This document shows positions 51,601-62,179 of a stretch of 64,000 nt of DNA, piece after piece. Location: positions 10,602,001 through 10,666,000 of the forward strand of contig CM120642.1 in the NCBI GenBank assembly GCA_051362555.1, written 5' to 3'. Position numbers and translations under genes: made by a program. The stretch is from Lingula anatina (lineage: Eukaryota > Animalia > Brachiopoda). Position 1 is the first letter of the stretch. Each line of letters starts with the position of its first letter. The notes under the pieces were generated by a model that was given only the letters and a program-made list of their open reading frames with translations, was not told the DNA's origin and made no database searches.

Positions 51601-53748
51601 TGGGAATCTAAAGCTCTTGGAAGCCAATGCCTGAACACACTGCTTTCCTGTCTGATGCAGTGAATGGCTTGAGTTTTTGGACAAATTGTCTAAATGAATT
51701 ACTTTTATCCTTTAGCTATATACTTAATATCTGTATGTCGGGAATACAGGCTGTATCATGGTAACATGTTGTATCATCACTTCATGCAGTAGGTGTCCAT
51801 GCAGTGATCAAATATTGATTTATTTGTTTAATAATTAATTGTGTCGAAGGGCTCTCAACTTACAAACAACAAATTAGCTTTAAATATACATGTTTGTCTA
51901 TCTAGTCAAATGTATCAAATTTAATTATCCCCAAGCTGGTGACTATGTTAATCAAGGTGACAGTAAAGAATGGTAAACTAAGTGAAAATTATCAAGGAGT
52001 GGGTGAACAGAATCACATTTCCTCTGTCTGGTTAGAATTAATGTATTATTTCCTGTAATAGATGCCAAAGCAGAATAGTCTCGATTCTTGCATAAACCAC
52101 AACTCATTAATCCAGCAGCGTTGTTTATCTTATTTGTTACATCATGGCGTTGGCTTGGTGTGCTCCATGCATTACTGCATGTACTGCATGCTTCAGCCTG
52201 TGTTGTTTATTCCATACACACAGGTATCTATTTATGCACCTTTCCTATCTTCTTCAAGGAGCATTTGTGTTAAATGGCTGGTACATGATTATACTTAGTC
52301 CCATCAAAGCATGTGTTTGTATTATACTGTAGTGTTGCACTTTGGCAACTACACTGTACATAGTCTGGTTTTTTCTTTCTTTGTTACACATTCAACTTGG
52401 GAGGTCTACCAGTAGTAGTAGATATCGAGGTGCAATGTCCAGCCAAATTACATGTTGCCAAAGTATGTATGTTTCAGATGTGTATTCTTCTGATATTTGG
52501 TAGATATGTTGACCTAAAAATTGAATTTTGATGACATTCATTAGGAAACCAGCTATTTGCACAAAATTGCATATTTGAACATATAACTTTTGAATCATTC
52601 TCATGCTACTTTTTATCCTTTATATTTTCCTCAAACTTACTGGAGTGAGACAGTACTTAAATACTGGACAGGTTAAATTTGAATGTCAGCTTTATTGGAC
52701 TATTTTAAATGTTTCATTTTTCATACATTGGCCATCCAACTATGGAAAACTATTCAGAACTAAAAAATTAAAGAAAATGGATACAGTTAATTTAATTTGA
52801 ATTAATAAGTTGAAGTTGCTTGGTAAAAGTGTTCAAAGTGTATTCAAAATCTGCTTTAGTACTCCTGTCAGTAATTCTCTCTCTGTCTCTCTCTCCACGT
52901 GTGTGTGTGTGTTCACAGTATGCACTGGAGAGAAGAACAGTGTAGAGAGATTTTTCATGGTGTCTAATGGTAGGGTAGTGATGTAAACCAGGTAACTTCT
53001 TACAATGTGGCAATGTTGAGTGGAGTTGTCAGGTGGAAGGTGCAGAATGATTAGTGGCTGTGTCCAGGGTATTGTCAGTTATGCTTAGAAAGTATTATTA
53101 GGATGGAAATGTCAAAAAAAAAAAAAAGTTGAAAGAGTATGATCATACACGCAGGCCCGTAGCCAGCAATTTCAAAAGGGGGTTCTTTTTCTGAAAAAGT
53201 GGACCTTTTCCCATAAAAACTTTGTGTCCCTAGATCAAATTTTACCCAGAGTGGACCTTTTCTCAGCAAAAGGGGCGGTTCTTTCGAACTCCCCGAACCC
53301 CCCCTGGCTACGGGCCTGTGACAACAGACTTGGTGGTTTGGATAAAAATATTTTGGTCCAACACTTATGTCAAACCTTTGGCATCCTAGTGATAAAATCT
53401 TACTTCACATGATATATCTACTAAAGCGACCTTTGCCCACCAGTGGTGTTAAGAGGGACTCTTTTCAAGTAAAATATTTAGTGATAGATTTCCTTGATAG
53501 TTAAGTTTTATGTGAAAAGATTGATTGCTATGATTTTAACCCAAAAACTGTCTTGACCTTTTTTCTCAAACAGCTGGTGCATAAGGCTATATATAAAACC
53601 AGGTCACTTACAAATGCAATTAAAATTATAATTGTTATTTATTTATTTTCAGGGATATGGACGAGCAGACCACTCTATATCAGCAGGAATCTTGAAAAAG
53701 AACTTCCCAAGTTACACAAGTATCACCTGGTCAAATGATGGATACTGA
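33689..53748 (+). CDS. PHPT1: 14 kDa phosphohistidine phosphatase (Janus/Ocnus family), 127 aa
   Basis: Exons 33689-33851, 46286-46410 and 53653-53748 join in phase. The protein reads DVDIDQGKFKYILIKVH...KYIVRGYSRAEFHADIYD...CECVGGGRMIHD...IQVFGYSQGYGRADH...ITWSNDGY*, with the catalytic His present. Confidence 0.95.
40840..40986. mobile_element. Harbinger-like MITE with CTG target duplication, inserted in the LINE
   Basis: ~23-bp TIRs ggtcccataactcgaaagcatcg / cgatgctttcgagttacggggcc; CTG at 40837-40839 and 40987-40989. Confidence 0.8.
41089..41263. mobile_element. Palindromic (foldback) MITE with 7-bp TSD, inserted in the LINE
   Basis: ~80-bp near-perfect arms ataccctctaccaggg... / ...ccctggtagagggtat; CCGGCCC duplicated at 41082-41088 and 41264-41270. 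Confidence 0.85.
42997..44364. repeat. Pair of ~110-120 bp inverted repeats (42997-43106 and 44245-44364)
   Basis: cattcagtgtcttt...gattaagtgtctttct is the reverse complement of agaaagacacttaatc...aaagacactgaatg, apart from a short indel and scattered mismatches. Confidence 0.8.
43926..44100. repeat. (ACCAT)n degenerate pentanucleotide microsatellite
   Basis: Directly visible; it causes the YHTIP-type spurious ORFs. Confidence 0.9.
45511..46084. repeat. Complex nested inverted duplication
   Basis: 45533-45621 is inverted at 45996-46084, and ~45697-45758 is inverted at ~45928-45990. A 28-bp segment tgttctgggatcaacaaaatatagtcaa is also directly repeated (45511 and 45963). Confidence 0.85.
46082..46242. 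mobile_element. Hairpin MITE-like element with 47-bp perfect arms
   Basis: actgttttggttata9cataaaactccttattgcacacgg and its exact reverse complement; the loop contains tcggctt/tcggcta repeats. Confidence 0.8.
46797..47115. mobile_element. PIF/Harbinger-like foldback MITE with TTA TSD
   Basis: Long imperfect palindrome ggggccattcagaatga... / ...tcattctgaatggcccg; TTA at 46794-46796 and 47116-47118. Confidence 0.85.
47491..47831. mobile_element. Kolobok-like non-autonomous DNA transposon with TTAA TSD
   Basis: TIRs agggataataactcctcgt / acgaagagttattatccct (18/19 match), flanked by TTAA on both sides. The AG..CT termini fit Kolobok rather than piggyBac. Confidence 0.8.
53152..53318. mobile_element. 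167-bp MITE with CAGGCCCGTAGCCAG TIRs (copy 2)
   Basis: Same TIRs and internal sequence as 9971-10137. Confidence 0.85.
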
Positions 53749-56245
53749 AAGACTTAAGACTGGAAATATTGAAGTTTATAGTCTGTTTATATAATTTGAA
53801 ATGTTCATTTCATGGTCAGGACCCAGTGTCAACCAATATGCAATAACAGCATGTACAGTTGAACAGACACTTATGTAAAACTTAATATCAGTCTTTTCAT
53901 GGCCAAGAAATTTTATCAGTACTTTTTTTAAAGAAGATATTATTGTTTATGTTGCCAAGTTTAAAGCTTGAGGAAAGAAAGTACAGTTATGTGTGTTATT
54001 TTCAAAAGAAGTTAGATGCTTTGTATATGTCTGAGAAAAAGTGTAATTTGATGATGCATGCTACTGAAGATGGCTGCCTGCCACAAACGTGAAAATGCAG
54101 CTTAAATGAAATTGTTGAAAATGTGGAGATCCTTTGAAGGTGGCATTTTGTGGTAGTCACATCAAATATTGCATTAGCTTAGACATTGCTTATTATGACA
54201 AAAACAAAAAAGACAAAAAGAGCGACTGAAGAAGTTATGGGTCTGCATTTGTATTATAGATGTTTGAAAAAAATAAATGAATGCCAAATCCAGCACAATT
54301 AGCATATCAGCTGGACCAAAAAAATGTTTTAGATCTACAGTAAATCGTTTGTCATGTTTTAATTTTTCTTCCATTTTCTGCAATTATACTTTTTGATTTG
54401 TAAATTTACAATTTATAATAATAGCCGTTTATTTAATTGAATAATTGGCATGCATTTTTTTTTCATTTTGACTTCTTAACAATAACTGTTACAGCAATAC
54501 CCTGGGGGCTTGCTCTTGAGTTTAATGCAGAAAGCTGAGAAACTTTTTGGGTAGAAAGCATTTTTAATGATTAATACATGTATTTGTTCAAATTTGATAT
54601 TATGAATGTTGTAGGCATGTAAAATGCATCTGGAGTCCATAAAGTATCTTTTTCTGATTCTTCTTAAATGTGTTGCCTTTGTAAACAAATAAAAAAATCT
54701 TTCATATCATGCTTTTGCGTGTGGTAGAATGCATGCTAGTTATCATTTATTTATATAAGTTTTATTCTCTCTCCAATAATACATTCTGTGTCTAATCCTT
54801 CATAATATTTCAAACATTTTTCCAATTTATGCAGGACTTGAAGGGAGATAATTACAAAACTGTTTGATAAGCTTTGACAATGGTAAAATTTTCTTACAGG
54901 CTTCCAATGGTATTCCTAGTTTACCTACTCATCAAAACAGGAGTACTTGGAAATAATTTACCGATTATCTCAACATCACAAGAGTCAGATGGCTACTGTA
55001 TCAGTTGACCTTTAAAATTGCTATCTTTCACTCGTGTTAGTTCCCAGGTAACACTCGAGCCAATACATGTTCATCTGTCTTCTTAATGGAGAAATGGCAT
55101 TTGAATTACAATTGCTATATCTCAGTAGCAAGACCAACATGTATCAGAATAATATGAAATGGCAAAATAAAATCAGAACAGCATTTGGTCCTTTTTGATG
55201 CCTTAAAATAGCTTAAATAGCTTATTTGCCATTTTTTATATAATATATTTATATTAATTAAAAATTTTACACTTCTAAAGGAAATACTTCTTTCAAAATA
55301 TTGTTCCATTTAATACTTCTTTCAAAATGTTCCATTTAATTCCCAATGCTCTTCTGCATACTGGGTGGCGAAGCATTTACAGTCGGTAAAGGTGCTTTGT
55401 AAAACTGCTGTGAGATAGTGATGGGATTCCATTGAAACTCTGTTACTAAATATGCTATTAATCATGAAATTGGCATGGTTGACAACTAGGGTGTGAAGTA
55501 CAATTCTGTGCCACATTTAGGTAATAATACCCCCCCCCCCAATTATGTTTCATTAAATGAAACCATTATTTTGCCCCCTTTCCTGATAAAAAAATCAAGA
55601 GTAAGCCTTTCAAGAAACCTGAAGTTTGAAATAAATATCTTTGACCTATACAAATGTCCCAGATAATTATGCAAAAATGTTGAAATATATTGATCCGTTA
55701 ATTTAAGAACTTAGAAGAACTTAACAAGTTTTTTGGAGGCTTGTTTTAAAACGGTATTTTCCTTTTTGCCCAATCTGCTACATAAAAATTCAAAAATGAT
55801 AACACAATATTAAAATTTTGTTAGAAAAGAAAAGGATAAAAATACAAAATGAACAAATTATCTTCATGTAGTTTTGTGGGTATACAGCTGACCAGAGGGG
55901 CATAAATTATGGAAAACATTCCCCTTCTTTTTATCACTTGCACACCATAATGTTCCTTTAAAATTGAACATAACACCAAAAGCGGTATGCTTGACAATAC
56001 AGTTACTGACAAATGAATGTACAGTACTGTGTTTGTTGAACTTTAACAATGTGTCCCAGTCACAACTTCAGCCTTTCTCCAGTACAACAGATGCAGTTTT
56101 ACAGCAATATGTCTAATTCTAAAGTTAGTTTCATCATGATTGTGATCAAACCACTTGGGACGCAACATGTAAGATCTCTCAGGTTATTTCAGTAAAAACT
56201 AATTTTCTTAAATAATTTGCCTGTTTCTCCTGAAATTTTCAAAAG

Positions 56246-56893
56246 CTATTTCACTGTGTTCCTCCTCCTTGTTATTTCACTGTTTGCCTTTTTGCCCAAC
56301 TTAACCAGTCTTTCTTGCACGTTCTGCAAGATGGTGTCAACAATCAACAAACGTCTTCTGGCCACATTCAGTTTATTAATATGAGGCTCCAGATCCCCCA
56401 TTCCCTTCTCACTGGACAGAATGACCTGTAAATCCTTGGACACTGCCTCTATTAATTCCCTTAGCTGTTGCTGACTCTCCTTGGTAGCCAAAACCCTTTT
56501 ATCTACCTCGGTCATGGCAGGTAGCAGCAGACTAACAAAACCTTCCTTGAAAGAGAGAGCCTGTGGTGACAAAACACATTGAGGAACATCTTCTGAGACT
56601 AAAATTTGGTTATTTATTGATACCTCCTCTTTTGGTAGGACAGAAGTACCTGTAGATTCCAGGGTGCAGTTTTCTTTGGAGGCCACTTCATTTTTCTTGG
56701 ATCTTCCATCTTCTTCAGTAGTATCTGCAGAATTCACATCAGTGTTTGACGCAGCTGCCATCATGGCAGTGCTTTCGTTCTCCATATTGTTAGCCTGGGC
56801 TTCACTGCCGAGGTTATCCTTCTTTGAGGTTATGTCTTGCTCTGGGGGTTCCTCTTCCACCTCAGGGACAGTAGAGTGATTTTCTTCAGCCAT
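56246..56893 (-). CDS. SNAPIN: SNAPIN (SNARE-associated protein, BLOC-1/BORC subunit), intronless, 215 aa with an acidic N-terminal extension
   Basis: The C-terminal ~105 aa (FKEGFVSLLLPAMTEVDKRVLATKESQQQLRELIE...DLEPHINKLNVARRRLLIVDTILQNVQERL) match Snapin. Strong Kozak context ACAATGG, with an in-frame upstream TAA. Confidence 0.9.
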   Translation of the reverse strand: MAEENHSTVPEVEEEPPEQDITSKKDNLGSEAQANNMENESTAMMAAASNTDVNSADTTEEDGRSKKNEVASKENCTLESTGTSVLPKEEVSINNQILVSEDVPQCVLSPQALSFKEGFVSLLLPAMTEVDKRVLATKESQQQLRELIEAVSKDLQVILSSEKGMGDLEPHINKLNVARRRLLIVDTILQNVQERLVKLGKKANSEITRRRNTVK

Positions 56894-56940
56894 TGTGTGC
56901 CAATGAAGCTCAATTTAAAAGATCCAGATATGGTTTCTCT

Positions 56941-59900
56941 CTAAGAGTATTCTGTCTCTTGAAACCTGAAACAAATACAAATAATCTAAATACAAGACCT
57001 TTTGTATTTGTACAGAAAAATGCTATATGCAAAAAGTTTTCATCTTACACAGGAAAGGACATTTTTAGATACACTTAAAATGTGATAAACAATGTCACAT
57101 GCACCTAAAAAATACATTCCTTTTCACAACTAAATTATTGGACTTCCATCATTTTAAAACTTTTTACTACTATCATTTGCATACAATTAAAAAGACCATA
57201 AAAGCCCTTACTAAAGTGTTGAGTATCATGAAAGACTGACATACAATTATAAACAATATCCAGTCTTGCTTTTGACACTATTTCCCTTTAGTGAACATGG
57301 TCACTTTCACTTCAATCATTTTTCAAAATATATCCAAGTGTTTTCTGAGACCTTTTTAACATCCATCATAAGCCACTTTACATGATCTCAAAATTTTCTT
57401 AACAAAAAAAGAAGTATGAAAGTTTCAAAAATGGCATCAAACAGTTATCAATCATAAAACCCAGTTTCACTATGATACAAAATACTTGCCATTAGTGCCT
57501 TTGATTATAATAAGCAACCTGTTTGATGAAAAACACACCAATACAAACGCAGCATCTACTTACTTGCACTTTACACAGGAGTAGAAGACTGTCTGTCCCT
57601 CATCAGCTGACCTTGTCTGTCTGGTTGTGTAGGTCATACCTTCATTGCCACACTTGGGACATTTCTTGTCAACCTGAGATATACAAAAACATATCAATTG
57701 TTTGTCTACTTTATGTACATTTTTGTGGCAAAGTACAAAGCCATCACATACGTGCAGCCCATTACTAGAGCAGTTAAGAGTTCTCTTGAATTAACATAGC
57801 TAAGGCATATAATTTTTTTTAAAATCATATGACAGTTAAGTTCAAAGAGCACAAGCGTTAGCATCACTGTAAAATTCCATGTGTGACTATACGGGGCACA
57901 TATACAGAGTGATCCATTATAACATCTATGTTTGTAAATTAATTAGTATGTCAGTTTAATCATCTGTAAAATCTCCCTTTAGAGTAGTCCCCATCCCCTG
58001 AATTATAAACTTAACTAACACTATTCAATCCTGCCATTACCCACCTCCTAGATCTCACACAATGAACCACTATCACATGCTCTAAATGTCACATTGATAT
58101 CAAGAATGACATATTTACATTGTTATCAATATGCAGCGCCTGTTATTCTGACCTACATCCCTTTGTGTTACTATTTGTGCTGTTCTAAAGCCCTCCCTCC
58201 AATAAAACCTGTCTAGCTGACTAAGTCCTAAAATCTTTTATTCATATATTTCTGATATGAAAACTTATCACTTTGTAAGTTTGTTATTAAGAACAATGCA
58301 TTGAACTGTAAGTTAAAAGAAATATTTAATAAGGATCTGAATAATACATCAAAGCTGCAAATATTACCTAAGCCTTTAGCTAGGTCCATCAATGTAAATG
58401 TATTTCATATATTCTAAAGAATAAAGGAGATTTTAGAAGGATTGCAATTGAGAAGAAATCTCTGAGAAGAAATTTAGAAGAAATGAATATGAAATTTTAG
58501 GACTTACAATGGGACCTAAATGTTCTTCCTCATCTGAATCTGGCTGAATGCTCCCCATATCTTCCCTTTTGTTGAACACAACCTTGGAGTGGATTTCAAT
58601 TCCATCAAACTCTGGGAAATAATGAAGATTTTTTTTAATGTCAGAATCACCATGTTATATAAAATATTTAACACATACTGTACACAAAAGCAAATGCCAG
58701 TGCACCTAGTAGCTTATTTCGTTTCATTATTTACATGTAATTCATTTTGACTCTTCAATAAAACAAGGCAGCAAAGCTGTCAAATGTACAGACAAAGAAC
58801 AGAAAATAAAGATGCAAATAAGTGAAAAATTAAATTTTCACAAAAAACTGTTAAATTGCCAGAAAAATTTACCAAACAGACTGCGTTGCCTATTGAAGCT
58901 GTATGTTAGACCCATGTTTCTTTCCTGTAAGTTTGAGAACAGTAAGTGACATGATTTCCCTTAAATGGTCATCATAGGAGCAGTGCCCAAAATAGGGGTT
59001 TCTTCAAATTTTGATGCAACATTACATAATGTTTAACAGCATAATGACAATCAAATGTTATTAATAAAATATTAGTAACATGGACATTCAGAAAATGTGA
59101 CAAGCAAAAGTCTTCAAGATCATGGAACTTTAGTCACACCTTGAAAATGCCAATATGTAAAAAATTAAATTTTCACAAAAAACTGTTTAACTGCCAAAAT
59201 AAATAAATAAATAAATAAAAATACCAAACAGACTGCATTGCCTACTGAAGCTGTATTTTAGTCCCATGTTTCTTTCCTGTAAGTTTGAGAACAGTAAGTG
59301 ACATGATTTTCCTTAAATGGTCATCATGGAAGCAGTGCCCAAAATAGGGGTTTCTTCAAATTTTGATGCAATATTACATAATGTTTAACAGCTTAATGAC
59401 CATCAATTTTTAATTATAAAATATTTGTTTCACAGATATGAAGCAAAGGTCTTCAGGCCCATGGAACTTCAAAGTCACGCCTTGAAAATGCCAAAATGTA
59501 AACAAGACAGCACTGTTCTGAAATGGGTTTATTTCCATTTTTAACACTTTTTTAACATAAAACAAAATAAACATTTTACTGCCATTTTATATGACCAACT
59601 AAGAAAATTGATGAGATGGGAAAAGTATCAATAGAACAGTGTTAAATGTCCAATTTCCTCCATTCTGAGATTCTGAACATAGTGGATGATTGAATCTGAC
59701 AAACTGCAATGATATGAGTTTTTTTCCATTTTTGACACTTTATTACACAATACATGATAACAAGTTTACCATGTTTTTTACATAATCAACTAACAATGTT
59801 GTAAAGATGCAGGAAATATCAAACAAACACTTTTAGGCATCTTATTAGTTAAATAATGAGACTGTTAACATGCCTAATAATTGAATCTGAGGAAATGTGA

Positions 59901-60685
59901 AAAACAGTATAACTTCTAAAATAATGGCCTTCTAAAAATGGTTTTCCACTTATCGTGTTATCGGTGCTGCATATATGCTGAAAAAAGTGAAAAAACAGCA
60001 TAAATTCCCTAAAAGTGACCCAATCATGCTGATTTTCGAACTTGACCTGCGTATTATGAATATTCATCAGTTCTGTAAGTTTCAAGGCAAAAGGTAAAAT
60101 GGTTTTCCACTTATCATGTTATCGGTGCTGCATATATGCTGAAAAAAGTGAAAAAACAGCATAAATTCCCTAAAAGTGACCCGATCATGCTGATTTTCGA
60201 ACTTGACCTGCGTATTATGAATATTCATCAGTTCTGCAAGTTTCAAGTCAAAAGGTAAAATGGTTTTCCACTTATCGTGTTATTGGTAAAAGTGCACGGC
60301 GACGACGGCGACGACGGCGACGACAGACGCAGATGATGGCTATATGTACAGACACATCTGTGTCTGTACATAATAAAAATAAAATAAATGTTGTACATGA
60401 AAAAGAAATATAGTGTTCCATATAGATGAAAAAGTTCAGACATGATAATACAACTTGTATTTTAAGGAAAACAAATCAGGGAGGGACAGGTGGTTGATTC
60501 AGTTTTTGGTCTTATTCCAGGTTATGCAGAGAAAATAAAGGGGTGGGGGCTTATATACCTGTAATATCTATCTGGAATGGGCATCCCCTGCAACTGACCA
60601 CATCTGACAGTCCAGGCAACGGTAGGATGGAACCACAATCTGGACAGAAGTCCACATCACTGGCAAAAGCAGCTTTCTTAGACAT
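56941..60685 (-). CDS. POLR1H: RNA polymerase I subunit RPA12 (ZNRD1), 121 aa
   Basis: Exons 60559-60685, 58508-58611, 57564-57673 and 56941-56965 are in phase. Zinc ribbons [16 protein letters not shown] and [40 protein letters not shown]. Confidence 0.95.
58763..60375 (+). mobile_element. Second HINE/DINE-1-like element, in the first coding intron of POLR1H
   Basis: 5' subterminal atgtacagaca (58784-58794) is complementary to the 3' hairpin tatgtacagacac-atct-gtgtctgtacata (60343-60372). A (GACGACGGC)n microsatellite precedes the hairpin. Internal tandem duplications of ~335 bp (58825, 59160) and 161 bp (59935, 60096, 60257). Confidence 0.75.
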
Positions 60686-61322
60686 GCTGGAAACTGAATG
60701 AAACATACAGCAATATATTTCTAATTCAAAATATTTTAATGATCTGCACTGCCACAATTATAATATCACTACCAGTATACCTGGTATGTACTACAGTCTG
60801 ATAACAGGGTCTATTATGAAATTATTGTATCAATTTGTATGAGAGATTTGATCAACGGAAATGTATTCCTCGCCAGACATTTATTTGACAGAGGGGATGA
60901 TTTCATACCTAGGGGTTGGGCAGCGCACATCCCTGTCTATGTGACATAATGCAAGTGAAGCATGGTCTCAGACTTACTCCAGATGCCCAGCTGAGTGATA
61001 CTACAGTACATGTACATCCCAAAAAATATCTATCTGCTGCTGAGCCACCAGTTAAGAGGTAGGTAGAGGCGGGGTATTGTGTGTATTGCCACAGGGACCC
61101 AAACTTGAATTTTGTATAATATTTTAGTCTAGAAGTCCCTGATATCAGACGGTAATACATGTACAGTGTTGTACATGATAGCGTTACAAAATTCCGTCAG
61201 TTTGACTTCAATCTACATTTGATATGAATTCCATCGTAAAACACTTAAAATTTTTGTTTGGTCTGGACCTAACAAAGTTTCATTTCCATTTACAAATAAG
61301 GTCTGTTAAATCAAGGACTTAC

Positions 61323-61505
61323 AACTCCTTGGTTAAATTTAGACTGCACCCCCCTCTCGTTTCCAGATGCACGTTTGTTAAGATACTTCATGGTATATTA
61401 CCACTTCATGGGATAAATGCTCTGATTTTACTGTCAAATCGACTTCATAGGATAAATTGCGACTTCATCTCCGCATAAGATATTGCCTGCGACTTCATGG
61501 GATAA
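61323..61505 (-). promoter_or_regulatory. Probable 5' UTR exon and promoter of the POLR1H(-SNAPIN) transcription unit
   Basis: Donor GTAAG at 61318-61322 (minus), an acceptor at 60687-60689 one base before the POLR1H ATG, and a clustered ACTTCATGGGATAA-like motif. Confidence 0.45.
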
Positions 61506-62179
61506 TGGTGAAATAGTACCTGTTGTTGGCCCAACGCTATGAGAGAGAACGTTTTCGAAATATAATGTTTTTGTACTGTAAATATTATCCAAAATAGGTA
61601 AACTGTACGTTTTAATTCACTTGTATGACTGAATAGGGTTTCTTTAGTGGTATTGGATGCATGTTTTGAGTAATTTTAAAATACACAGGCGTATGTAGGT
61701 GAGGATTCAGTATTTCTAAAAATCAGTACATTATGGGACATTATGGTCAGCGTTGAAAAAAAGGAGGTCCAGACCCCCTGGGCCCTCCCTTCCCAGATCC
61801 GCTTGATGCATAAAACTAATTGATCAGGTAAACATAATTTACACATAGGTTACTGGATTATAAGACTAATTTTTCCATGAGGAAAGACGCGCAAGTGTAA
61901 TGATTTACGTCTGTCCCTTGGTTTCCGAGATGCTCTGTTCTGGTCCTACACCTGTGAATGTCCATCATGATGTGATCAATGGTGTCCCCGAAATGTGCCC
62001 TTGGCTGGCTCTCATTTGACCCGAAAGTATTATCTGCGGCACAGTCTGCATTTGGAAACCTGTTAATAAGGCGTTCGGAGGGGGGGGGGGGGGGGGGGTA
62101 GGCCTACTCGTTGTTTAGCAGCCTAACTAACGTAGTTGATCTGCGAGATCAACAGGCTTGTAGATTGATATTTATTCAG

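Noticed and set aside
52144-52222. Cys-rich mini-ORF MALAWCAPCITACTACFSLCC followed by a donor-like GTATCT
   Set aside because: The Cys richness comes from TGCATG/TG-rich sequence, splicing to PHPT1 exon 3 would be out of frame, and I recognise no family.
33852-53652. Nested protein-coding gene or snoRNA/tRNA cluster in the PHPT1 introns
   Set aside because: Short ORFs there show no recognisable domains or phase-consistent exon chains other than the LINE remnant. I saw no convincing C/D, H/ACA or cloverleaf structure by eye; a covariance-model search would be needed to exclude them.
776-56893. Functional clustering of trafficking genes (EXOC1 and SNAPIN)
   Set aside because: They are ~46 kb apart with unrelated genes between them, and nothing in the sequence shows the linkage is more than chance.
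56894-56943. POLR1H-SNAPIN fusion by stop-codon readthrough or exon skipping
   Set aside because: The 47-nt spacer puts SNAPIN out of frame with POLR1H, and the SNAPIN frame has a TAA upstream of its ATG within the same exon.
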